Assembly: GCA_036231405.1 (NCBI GenBank)
Contig: JAZAHK010000032.1
Location: 1-34,442 of the forward strand
Length of the DNA stretch: 34,442 nt
Source: Nitrospinota bacterium
GTDB lineage: Bacteria > UBA8248
Reading direction: 5' to 3'
A program made the translations under genes and the position numbers. Under the pieces are notes generated by a model, which was not told where the DNA came from, ran no database searches, and saw nothing but the letters and a program-made list of their open reading frames with translations. Numbering within the stretch: the first letter of the stretch is position 1; each line of letters opens with the position of its first letter. Positions 26,652 to 34,442 of this stretch are shown here, piece by piece.

Positions 26652-27203
26652 TTATCTTGTTCTAAAAGGAAATCCCATACACTCTAAAAGTGCTTTTCCT
26701 TCTTCATCACTTTTAGCAGTGGTCTCAATTACAACACCCAATCCTCTAGTTTTATCTACACTATCAACACTTATTTCAGGAAAAATCACCTGTTCTCTAA
26801 TCCCTATACTATAATTTCCTCTGCCATCAAATGATCTTTCATTCAATCCACGAAAATCCCTCACACGTGGAAGTGCTATACTTAATAGACGATCAAAAAA
26901 ATACCACATGTTTTTACGTCTAAGAGTGACCATTGCACCTATAGGGGTACCTTCTCTCAACTTAAAATTAGCTACAGATTTTTTAGCTTTCGTCACCACA
27001 GGTTTTTGTCCTGATATTGCAGTCAATTCTTCTACTCCCTTATCAAGAACAGTAGCATTCTGAGACGCCTCCCCTAATCCCATATTCAATGTAATTTTCG
27101 ACAGAGTAGGCACTTCCATTATATTTTTATAATCAAATTTGCTTTTTAACTCGCTAACAATCTGTTCTCTGTATCTATCAAGCAAACGAGGGTTATTACT
27201 CAC
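26652..27203 (-). CDS. rplE: 50S ribosomal protein L5
   Basis: [26 protein letters not shown]; start placed at GTG 27203 behind AAGGTGA. Confidence 0.97.
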   Translation of the reverse strand: MSNNPRLLDRYREQIVSELKSKFDYKNIMEVPTLSKITLNMGLGEASQNATVLDKGVEELTAISGQKPVVTKAKKSVANFKLREGTPIGAMVTLRRKNMWYFFDRLLSIALPRVRDFRGLNERSFDGRGNYSIGIREQVIFPEISVDSVDKTRGLGVVIETTAKSDEEGKALLECMGFPFRTR

Positions 27204-27226
27204 TTTACAAATCACCTTTCATTCAA

Positions 27227-27553
27227 TTAAATAGTATCTAATATTTCCCCACTTCTCTTAGTAACTCTGACAGAACTTCCATCCTCAAGTTTTTTTCTGC
27301 TTACACGAGAAGGTTTATTTGATTTTGGATCAACAGGCAATACATTGCTCATATGGATTTTTCCCTCACGCTCAAGAATACCGCCCTGTTGATTCGCTTG
27401 GCTAGGTTTTGTATGCCTCTTAATCATGTTTAGTTTTTCCACAATTACTTTGGATTCTTCTGTTATGACACGTAAAACTTTTCCACGCTTACCTCTTTCA
27501 CGACCAGAGATAACTTCTACAATATCTCCTTTTTTCACATGAAGTTTTTGCAT
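27227..27553 (-). CDS. rplX: 50S ribosomal protein L24
   Basis: KKGD.V.VISG..RGK.GKV KOW motif, GGI.E.E..IH.SNV; ATG 27553 behind GAGGTG. Confidence 0.97.
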   Translation of the reverse strand: MQKLHVKKGDIVEVISGRERGKRGKVLRVITEESKVIVEKLNMIKRHTKPSQANQQGGILEREGKIHMSNVLPVDPKSNKPSRVSRKKLEDGSSVRVTKRSGEILDTI

Positions 27554-27560
27554 ACCCACC

Positions 27561-27929
27561 TCATAGAACTTCTGGTGCTAAAGAAACAATCCGCATAAAA
27601 CGTTTTCTTCTTAATTCTCTGGCAACAGGACCAAAAATACGAGTACCGACAGGCTCTCTAACCTCATTAATAATAACAACAGCATTATCATCAAATTTAA
27701 TACAGGTTCCGTCTTCCCTACCAATTTCTTTAGCCGTCCTTACAACAACAGCTCTACGTACTTCCCCTTTTTTTACGTTACTATTAGGGACAGCTTCCTT
27801 AATGGAGACAACTATTACATCACCGATACTCGCGTACCTTCTCTTTGACCCACCAAGAACCTTTATACATTGTGCACGCTTTGCCCCTGAGTTGTCTGCT
27901 ACACCACAAACTGTTTGAACTTGAATCAT
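27561..27929 (-). CDS. rplN: 50S ribosomal protein L14
   Basis: MIQ...[26 protein letters not shown]; 122 aa from ATG 27929. Confidence 0.98.
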   Translation of the reverse strand: MIQVQTVCGVADNSGAKRAQCIKVLGGSKRRYASIGDVIVVSIKEAVPNSNVKKGEVRRAVVVRTAKEIGREDGTCIKFDDNAVVIINEVREPVGTRIFGPVARELRRKRFMRIVSLAPEVL

Positions 27930-27946
27930 CTGTAAAATCCTAAAAA

Positions 27947-28201
27947 TTATTCTGATTTTTCTATGACTTCCAATAAACGCCAATTTTTATTCCTGCTCAT
28001 TGGCCTAGTTTCTATTATTTTCACACGATCACCTACATTTAATTGATTTTGATCATCATGAACAAGATAATTTTTACTTCTTCTTATGACTCTTTTAAAA
28101 GTTTTATGCATAAAAGTACGAACTACTTGGACACTAGCAGTTTTATCCATGCTCGAACCTACAACTTCACCTTCTCTAACCTTCCTTCTCGCACTTTTCA
28201 A
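27947..28201 (-). CDS. rpsQ: 30S ribosomal protein S17
   Basis: G.VV...MDKT, HD, GD.V.I.ETRP.S..K.W; TTG start. Confidence 0.96.
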   Translation of the reverse strand: MKSARRKVREGEVVGSSMDKTASVQVVRTFMHKTFKRVIRRSKNYLVHDDQNQLNVGDRVKIIETRPMSRNKNWRLLEVIEKSE

Positions 28202-28219
28202 TGTTCAATAACCCCTATG

Positions 28220-28438
28220 CTAAACAGTTTTGTCTTGCGTATATGAAAGCTCATTCTTGTAAGTTAAAATTCTTGCTAAATCTTTTTTTAAAATAGAGAT
28301 CCTTGAAGTGTTATCTAGTTGTCCAGAAAATTTTCTGAACTTGAGATTAAAAAGCTCCATTCTGATCTCTTTCTCTTTAGTTGCCAATTCGTCTTCTGTC
28401 AACTCTTTTATTTCTGAATATTTCAACTTAAACTCCAT
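28220..28438 (-). CDS. rpmC: 50S ribosomal protein L29
   Basis: ELFNLKF, GQLDN, KKDLARILT; position after rplP. Confidence 0.95.
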   Translation of the reverse strand: MEFKLKYSEIKELTEDELATKEKEIRMELFNLKFRKFSGQLDNTSRISILKKDLARILTYKNELSYTQDKTV

Positions 28439-28842
28439 TAAACGGATACTATTCTAGTCTTACATGGCAACTTTCTAGCGGCCAAACGTAGTGCCTCTCT
28501 AGCAATTGCATCTGGGACACCATCCATTTCGTAAAGTATTCTTCCTGCTCGAACCACCGCATGCCAAGCCTCCGGTGCGCCTTTGCCCTTTCCCATTCTA
28601 ACCTCAGCGGGCTTTCTGGTAATTGGCTTGTCAGGGAAAAGTCGTATCCAAATCCTTCCACCCCTCTTAATATGACGCGTCATTGCAATTCTAGCCGCTT
28701 CAATTTGACGAGCAGTTAAGTAGACCGATTCAACAGACTGTAGACCATAAGTACCAAAGTTAAGCCTAGCACCTTTGTCGGTCTTTTTCCCAAGACGACC
28801 CTTCTGCATTTTCCTATACTTAGTCTTCTTTGGCTGTAACAT
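28438..28842 (-). CDS. rplP: 50S ribosomal protein L16
   Basis: MLQPK.TKYRK, RQIEAAR, FPDKP, RMGKGKG. Confidence 0.98.
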   Translation of the reverse strand: MLQPKKTKYRKMQKGRLGKKTDKGARLNFGTYGLQSVESVYLTARQIEAARIAMTRHIKRGGRIWIRLFPDKPITRKPAEVRMGKGKGAPEAWHAVVRAGRILYEMDGVPDAIAREALRLAARKLPCKTRIVSV

Positions 28843-28860
28843 TTTAAATCACACTCCGAA

Positions 28861-29526
28861 CTAGTTTTCTGAAGTTTTTTCAGAAAATTCTTTTTTAGAT
28901 TTCCTTATGATTTCACCCCGAAAAATCCAAGTTTTTACGCCAATTACTCCATATGTAGTATGTGATTCTGCAAATCCATAATCTATATCCGCTCTAAGAG
29001 TCTGCAAAGGGACTCTCCCCTCACGATACCACTCGGTTCTAGCAATTTCAGCTCCACCCAAACGGCCTGAACACTGAATTTTTATTCCTTTAGCTCCAAA
29101 TCTAAGTGCAGAAGTTACTGCCTTCTTCATTGCCCTTCTAAAGGCAATCCTTCTCTCTAGTTGTAATGCGATATTTTCAGAAACTAATTGGGCATCAATT
29201 TCAGCTCTTCTGATTTCCTTGATATTTACGTGAATCTGTTGTCCGGTTATTTTCTCTAAATCAGACTTAAGTCTGTCTACTTCGGAACCTCTTTTCCCAA
29301 TGATAATTCCTGGCCTAGCTGACCAGATATTAATCCTACAATTCTGGCTTGCTCTCTCTATGTTTACTCTACTTACTCCAGCATTTAGAAGACGGCTTTT
29401 AACGAATTTCCTGATTTTTATATCGTCATGAATAAAATCAGAATAATTCTTGCCAGCGAACCATGTTGACTCCCATTCCCTAGTCACACCAACTCTAAAT
29501 CCAATTGGATTCACTTTTTGTCCCAT
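28861..29526 (-). CDS. rpsC: 30S ribosomal protein S3
   Basis: [42 protein letters not shown]. Confidence 0.98.
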   Translation of the reverse strand: MGQKVNPIGFRVGVTREWESTWFAGKNYSDFIHDDIKIRKFVKSRLLNAGVSRVNIERASQNCRINIWSARPGIIIGKRGSEVDRLKSDLEKITGQQIHVNIKEIRRAEIDAQLVSENIALQLERRIAFRRAMKKAVTSALRFGAKGIKIQCSGRLGGAEIARTEWYREGRVPLQTLRADIDYGFAESHTTYGVIGVKTWIFRGEIIRKSKKEFSEKTSEN

Positions 29527-29535
29527 CACACTCCC

Positions 29536-29871
29536 CTAACTTGATTCATTTAAAACGATTTTCACATGACAAAGTTTATGTCTTACTCTTCCCATACGTC
29601 CTCTAGCTCTTGCACGTTGTCTCTTAAGAACGGGGCCCTGATCTACAATAGCACTTTTAACAAAGAGAATATTTGGATCGTCATTTTCTCCCTTATCAGT
29701 TGCATTTGAAAGAGCAGACAAAACAACTTTCTCAAGAACCTTCGCAGAAGACCTAGTAGAAAGTCTCAAAAATGAGAGCGCTTCCGAAACTCTTTTCCCA
29801 GATATTTCCTTTGCCAACTGTCTAGTCTTAAGAGGTTTAGCTCTATAGTATTTTAAAACTGCTTGAGACAT
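29536..29871 (-). CDS. rplV: 50S ribosomal protein L22 (divergent)
   Basis: SA..NA, VDQGP.LKR..ARARGR; lies between rpsS and rpsC; ATG 29871 behind GGAG. Confidence 0.94.
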   Translation of the reverse strand: MSQAVLKYYRAKPLKTRQLAKEISGKRVSEALSFLRLSTRSSAKVLEKVVLSALSNATDKGENDDPNILFVKSAIVDQGPVLKRQRARARGRMGRVRHKLCHVKIVLNESS

Positions 29872-29891
29872 TAAATTCTCCAATAAAAATG

Positions 29892-30176
29892 TTACTTCAA
29901 AGTAACTGTTCTTTTTGTAACACCAGAATGAGAACGAAAAGTCCGTGTAGGAGAAAAATCTCCTAATTTAAAACCAACCATATTTTCGTGCACATAGACA
30001 GGAATAAATTTCTTTCCATTGTGAACTGAAAAGGTAAACCCTATAAACTCCGGAACTATGGTCGAACGTCTAGACCAAGTCTGTATCATCTTCTTCTCAC
30101 CACTTTCTTCCATAACCTTCACTTTTTTCATCAAATGACCATCAACAAAAGGTCCTTTATGTAGAGATCTAGGCAT
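29892..30176 (-). CDS. rpsS: 30S ribosomal protein S19
   Basis: [30 protein letters not shown]. Confidence 0.98.
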   Translation of the reverse strand: MPRSLHKGPFVDGHLMKKVKVMEESGEKKMIQTWSRRSTIVPEFIGFTFSVHNGKKFIPVYVHENMVGFKLGDFSPTRTFRSHSGVTKRTVTLK

Positions 30177-30192
30177 TTTAATTTAATTCCTT

Positions 30193-31023
30193 TTATTTAA
30201 CTTTACGTCTTCGAACAATAAATTTCGAAGAACTTTTATTTACATTTCTAGTTTTATAACCCTTTGTGGGCTTCCCCCATGGAGTAACAGGATGGCGACC
30301 TCCTGAACTTTTACCCTCACCACCACCTAATGGATGATCCACAGGATTCATCGCAACTCCTCTTACATGAGGCTTCTTCCCCAACCATCTCTTTCTACCA
30401 GCTTTCCCTAGACTTACGTTAGAGTGCTCTGAATTGCCAACTTCACCAATAGTAGCTGAACACGATAATCTGACCATCCTTATTTCACCCGAAGACAATC
30501 GAAATTGTGCGTATCCCTCTTCTTTAGCCATAAGTTGTGCGCTGGCACCAGCACTTCTTGCTATTTTTCCTCCTCCACCTGGCTTCATCTCAATATTATG
30601 GCATAGAGTACCCATAGGAATCCTTGAGATTGGAAGAGCGTTCCCAACACGAATTACTGAATCTGGACCAGAAACTAAAATCTCTCCAACCTTCAAACCA
30701 TCAGGAGCCAAAATATATCTCTTTTCTCCGTCGCTATATATTAAGAGTGCTAGACGAGCTGAGCGATTGGGATCATATTCAATGGAACTCACTCTAGCAG
30801 GAATTCCTAATTTTTCCCTTTTGAAATCGACTATCCTGTAACGACGCTTATGCCCTCCACCCTTATGGTAAGAAGTTATTCTCCCCAAATTATTTCTTCC
30901 CCCACTTTTTGATAATCCCTTAGTTAAGGATTTCTCCGGAGGATTCTTGGAGAGATCATCTCTGGTCAAAATACTCTGAAAACGCCTACCAGGGGACGTT
31001 GGCTTATATCTTTTAACAGGCAT
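30193..31023 (-). CDS. rplB: 50S ribosomal protein L2
   Basis: [34 protein letters not shown]. Confidence 0.98.
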   Translation of the reverse strand: MPVKRYKPTSPGRRFQSILTRDDLSKNPPEKSLTKGLSKSGGRNNLGRITSYHKGGGHKRRYRIVDFKREKLGIPARVSSIEYDPNRSARLALLIYSDGEKRYILAPDGLKVGEILVSGPDSVIRVGNALPISRIPMGTLCHNIEMKPGGGGKIARSAGASAQLMAKEEGYAQFRLSSGEIRMVRLSCSATIGEVGNSEHSNVSLGKAGRKRWLGKKPHVRGVAMNPVDHPLGGGEGKSSGGRHPVTPWGKPTKGYKTRNVNKSSSKFIVRRRKVK

Positions 31024-31040
31024 ATACTTTCTTTCTAAAA

Positions 31041-31328
31041 TTATGTCGTTTCAAAAAATTCAACGTTATCTCCATCCTTAAGTGTAACAATTGCTTTTTT
31101 CCAAGGAGACTTAACCCCAAGGTGCCTACCAACCCTTACCTTTTTCTCAGGCATGCGTAGTGTATTAACGTTTAAAACAGTTACATTGAAAAGTTGTTCA
31201 ACTGCATTTTTTATTTGAATTTTATTTGCAGCATTCTTGACTTCAAGAACAATTTTATTAGCTTCTTCACTTATAGATATACTCTTTTCTGTAACACAAG
31301 GCCTTACAATGATCGAAACTGGATCCAT
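31041..31328 (-). CDS. rplW: 50S ribosomal protein L23
   Basis: [29 protein letters not shown]. Confidence 0.97.
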   Translation of the reverse strand: MDPVSIIVRPCVTEKSISISEEANKIVLEVKNAANKIQIKNAVEQLFNVTVLNVNTLRMPEKKVRVGRHLGVKSPWKKAIVTLKDGDNVEFFETT

Positions 31329-31331
31329 AAT

Positions 31332-31958
31332 CTAACCCGCCAATCTTTGCTGTAATTTGTCCAAAGCATCTTTGTCTAAAACTAGAAAATCATGCTTAAT
31401 AACATCATAAGGATTAATTCCACGAACTGAAATCTTATTGATCTTCTTTAAATTTCTTAAAGAAAGCTCAAAATTTTCGTTGTGGCTCTCATATACAAAA
31501 AGTACCTTGCCAAAAACATCCATCTCACTAAGAATATTTAAAAAATCAGACGTTTTAGATGATTCTAGATTTAGTTGATCAACCAATCTAAGCTTTTTCT
31601 CAGAAAATTTTAAATTCAAAACGCTCTTGAGAGCCTTTACAGCGACTTTTTTATTAATTTTTTGCGTATATTTCCTTGGCTTAGGACCAAAGGTAATTCC
31701 ACCATGACGCCATATAGGAGATTTGACATCACCTGCACGCGCCCTCCCACCTCCTTTTTGTTTCCATGGTTTAGCTCCAGTTCCACGAACCTCACTTCTA
31801 GTCAAAGTAGAATGGGTACCTAATCTCCTATTAGCTAGTTGAGATTTTATAACCTGATGAACTAAGTGCAATCTCACTTCTCCATCAAATAAAGAATCAG
31901 AAAATTCTACTTCATCTTTAGATAAATTTTTTAAATTAAACATTTCTATTTTTGCCAT
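31332..31958 (-). CDS. rplD: 50S ribosomal protein L4
   Basis: GTH.T.TRSEV, KPW.QKG.GRAR.G, SP.WR.GG..FGP.PR. Confidence 0.97.
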   Translation of the reverse strand: MAKIEMFNLKNLSKDEVEFSDSLFDGEVRLHLVHQVIKSQLANRRLGTHSTLTRSEVRGTGAKPWKQKGGGRARAGDVKSPIWRHGGITFGPKPRKYTQKINKKVAVKALKSVLNLKFSEKKLRLVDQLNLESSKTSDFLNILSEMDVFGKVLFVYESHNENFELSLRNLKKINKISVRGINPYDVIKHDFLVLDKDALDKLQQRLAG

Positions 31959-31967
31959 ATAAACCTC

Positions 31968-32891
31968 TCAACCACCTCTAGCCATACGCTTTGAAGCTTT
32001 CAACGGATTCAAACTTCTTGTGTTCTCTTGTTTTTTAACTTGATCTGCACTCTTGCCTTTCAAAGAATCTCTAACTATCAACAAGGAGTTAGTCCCGCCT
32101 GGGACTGAACCACGAACTATCAAAACATTTTTTTCCGGAACTATATCGACAATTAACAATCCTTCAATAGTATTTTTTTTATTTCCCATCTGACCAGGCA
32201 TTTTCTTTCCCTTGATAATTTTTGATGGCCAAGCTGCTTGTCCAACTGATCCTAAACCACGATCAAACATACCACCATGTGTAGCAGGACCACCTGCAAA
32301 ACCATGTCTTTTCATAGCTCCAGCAAATCCTCTTCCTTTTGATAATCCACTAACATCAACATAATTTCCTCTATCAAAAATGGTAACATCAATAATTCCA
32401 CCTTCGACTAAATTATCTTTGTCTGATGGAGAAGGTACTTCTTTTAAGTAACGAAATGCTTGCACCCCTTTGCTTGAAAAATGAGAAAGTTCTGCTTTTG
32501 TCACACCTTTTTCTTTTCTTGGGATAAAGCCTAACTGCAAAGAATCATACCCTTCCTTTTCAACTGTTTTCTTTTGAACAATAGTGCATGGTCCAGTCCG
32601 AAGAACAGTTACAGCTATAGTTCCTCCATCGGGTGAAAAAATTTGGGTCATTCCCACCTTATATGCCAATAAATAATTATTTGTCGCATTACGTTTTGGT
32701 TCGTCTAAATCCTCTTCTGCAACTTCTTCTGCAGGAGCACTAGCCTCTTCTACTTTCTCTTCTGCAACTTCTTCTGCAGGAGCACTAGCCTCTTCTACTT
32801 TCTCTTCTGCAACTTCTTCTGCAGGAGCACTAGCCTCTTCTACTTTCTCTTCTTTAGACTCTTCTGAATTAGGCTTATCTTCAGGCGACAT
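31968..32891 (-). CDS. rplC: 50S ribosomal protein L3 with long N- and C-terminal extensions
   Basis: KVGMTQIF, GY...QLG, SKGRGFAG..KRHGF, KGKKMPG, GSVPG; lies between rpsJ and rplD. Confidence 0.96.
   Translation of the reverse strand: MSPEDKPNSEESKEEKVEEASAPAEEVAEEKVEEASAPAEEVAEEKVEEASAPAEEVAEEDLDEPKRNATNNYLLAYKVGMTQIFSPDGGTIAVTVLRTGPCTIVQKKTVEKEGYDSLQLGFIPRKEKGVTKAELSHFSSKGVQAFRYLKEVPSPSDKDNLVEGGIIDVTIFDRGNYVDVSGLSKGRGFAGAMKRHGFAGGPATHGGMFDRGLGSVGQAAWPSKIIKGKKMPGQMGNKKNTIEGLLIVDIVPEKNVLIVRGSVPGGTNSLLIVRDSLKGKSADQVKKQENTRSLNPLKASKRMARGG
32712..32853. repeat. Perfect 45-bp tandem repeat, 3 copies plus 7 bp, inside rplC
   Basis: Unit ctcttctgcaacttcttctgcaggagcactagcctcttctacttt at 32712, 32757 and 32802; encodes EEKVEEASAPAEEVA x3. 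Confidence 0.97.
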
Positions 32892-32900
32892 CTTATCCTC

Positions 32901-33209
32901 TTAATTTAATTTAATTTCAACATCTACACCCGCAGCCAACTCTAGTTTCATAAGTTCCTCTACGGTTTGTTCAGTAGGATCTACTATATCTACTACTCTT
33001 TTGTGAGTACGAATTTCGAATTGCTCACGAGATTTTTTGTCAACATGTGGACCACGTAAAACGGTAAATTTATTGATGGTAGTAGGTAGCGGTATTGGTC
33101 CCACTAACGACGCACCAGAGCGTCTAGCCGTCTGAACTATTTCTCCAACAGACTGATCTAGCACTTTATGATCATATGCTTTTAAGCGAATTCTAATTTT
33201 CTGATTCAT
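32901..33209 (-). CDS. rpsJ: 30S ribosomal protein S10
   Basis: [29 protein letters not shown]; start placed at ATG 33209. Confidence 0.98.
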   Translation of the reverse strand: MNQKIRIRLKAYDHKVLDQSVGEIVQTARRSGASLVGPIPLPTTINKFTVLRGPHVDKKSREQFEIRTHKRVVDIVDPTEQTVEELMKLELAAGVDVEIKLN

Positions 33210-33236
33210 TTTTATCAAAACACCTTAATTAAATTT

Positions 33237-34415
33237 TCACTCTACAACTTCCGTAACAACACCTGCGCCCACTGTCCTACCACCTTCTCTGATCGCAAAA
33301 CGTAGTTCTTTTTCTATCGCTATAGGAGTCAACAACTCAATTTCCAGTGCAACATTATCACTTGGCATTACCATTTCTCTTCCTTCTGGAAGAGTTATCA
33401 ATCCTGTAACGTCAGTCGTTCTAAAATAAAATTGGGGACGATATCCCTTGAAGAAAGGAGTGTGACGTCCACCCTCTTCTTTCGATAATATATAAACCTC
33501 CCCCTTAAACTTCGTATGAGGCTTGATCGAACCAGGAGCAGCTAAAACTTGACCTCGCTCTATGTCCTCTTTCTTAACGCCACGAAGTAAAACACCCACA
33601 TTATCACCAGCTTGACCTTGATCAAGAAGTTTGCGGAACATTTCAACCCCAGTAGCAACTGTCTTCTGTGTGTCTGTTATACCAACGATTTCGACCTCAT
33701 CCCCAACGTTTACTATTCCACGCTCTACACGACCTGTGGAAACCGTCCCACGACCTGAAATAGAAAAAACATCCTCAACCGGCATCAAAAATGGTTTGTC
33801 CACATCTCTTTCTGGCTCAGGGATATAACTATCGATTGCGTCCATCAATTCGTCAATACAATCTGTATCCGTGCCCTCCAACGCCTTCAGAGCCGATCCC
33901 TTTACTACAGGGATATCATCACCAGGAAACTTGTAATAAGTTAACAACTCACGGACTTCCATCTCTACCAGTTCAAGAAGTTCTTCATCATCCACCATAT
34001 CAACTTTATTCAAAAATACTACAATGTAAGGAACACCAACCTGTCTTGCAAGGAGAATATGTTCCCGGGTTTGCGGCATAGGGCCGTCTGCTGCGGAAAC
34101 AACCAAAATTGCTCCATCCATCTGCGCGGCACCAGTAATCATGTTCTTCACATAGTCAGCATGACCAGGACAATCCACATGAGCATAGTGGCGATTATCT
34201 GTCTCATACTCAACATGTGCAGTCGCAATAGTGATACCTCTTTCTCTCTCCTCGGGAGCTTTATCAATTTCGTCAAAAGCAACAGCTTCTGCACGACCCT
34301 TATCAGACAAATGCTTGGTAATAGCCGCCGTCAAGGTCGTCTTCCCATGATCAACGTGACCAATCGTTCCTACATTCACATGTGGTTTCGTACGCTCAAA
34401 CTTCGCCTTAGCCAT
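33237..34415 (-). CDS. tuf: Elongation factor Tu
   Basis: [40 protein letters not shown]. Confidence 0.99.
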   Translation of the reverse strand: MAKAKFERTKPHVNVGTIGHVDHGKTTLTAAITKHLSDKGRAEAVAFDEIDKAPEERERGITIATAHVEYETDNRHYAHVDCPGHADYVKNMITGAAQMDGAILVVSAADGPMPQTREHILLARQVGVPYIVVFLNKVDMVDDEELLELVEMEVRELLTYYKFPGDDIPVVKGSALKALEGTDTDCIDELMDAIDSYIPEPERDVDKPFLMPVEDVFSISGRGTVSTGRVERGIVNVGDEVEIVGITDTQKTVATGVEMFRKLLDQGQAGDNVGVLLRGVKKEDIERGQVLAAPGSIKPHTKFKGEVYILSKEEGGRHTPFFKGYRPQFYFRTTDVTGLITLPEGREMVMPSDNVALEIELLTPIAIEKELRFAIREGGRTVGAGVVTEVVE

Positions 34416-34442
34416 AATTTATTAAATCTCCAATTAAAAATT

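Noticed and set aside
27930-27983. Apparent N-terminal extension of L14 in the ORF track (also L5, L22, L24, S10, map, fabH, hpt, mmdC)
   Set aside because: A downstream start at the canonical position, usually with a better-placed SD, explains each; these are longest-ORF artefacts.
32712-32853. 45-bp repeats as a CRISPR array
   Set aside because: Units are head-to-tail with no spacers, are in frame within rplC, and there are no cas genes.
33210-33236. Missing S10 leader/attenuator between tuf and rpsJ
   Set aside because: Direct tuf-rpsJ adjacency is a common arrangement in many phyla.

Overview
AT-rich bacterial chromosomal window, mostly housekeeping. The right half (18.3-34.4 kb, minus strand) is one contiguous tuf-S10-spc-secY-adk-map-infA-rpmJ-alpha ribosomal cluster. 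It lacks rpsD and ends in a clear intrinsic terminator. The left end (minus strand) is the yceD-rpmF-plsX-fabH-fabD lipid cluster with a near-consensus sigma70 promoter. The middle (4.1-18.2 kb) is accessory metabolism: gamma-carbonic anhydrase, CinA, HAD hydrolase, flavin reductase, cyclase, MocA-like transferase, Fe-ADH, FkbM methyltransferase, hpt, an HMG-CoA lyase-like gene and a thioesterase. It also holds a tightly packed six-gene operon encoding a complete Na+-translocating biotin-dependent acyl-CoA decarboxylase (alpha-delta-gamma-beta), a family III CoA-transferase and a GntR/FadR regulator, preceded by the palindrome ATTGCATACAAT. This operon is the best candidate for an undescribed system: a CoA-based, substrate-regulated Na+-pumping (methyl)malonate decarboxylation cycle. 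Several translation proteins carry unusual terminal extensions, most strikingly L3 (three perfect 45-bp repeats in an acidic N-terminal arm), IF-1 and L30. No rRNA, tRNA, CRISPR array or mobile element was seen. Taxonomy cannot be fixed without a search.
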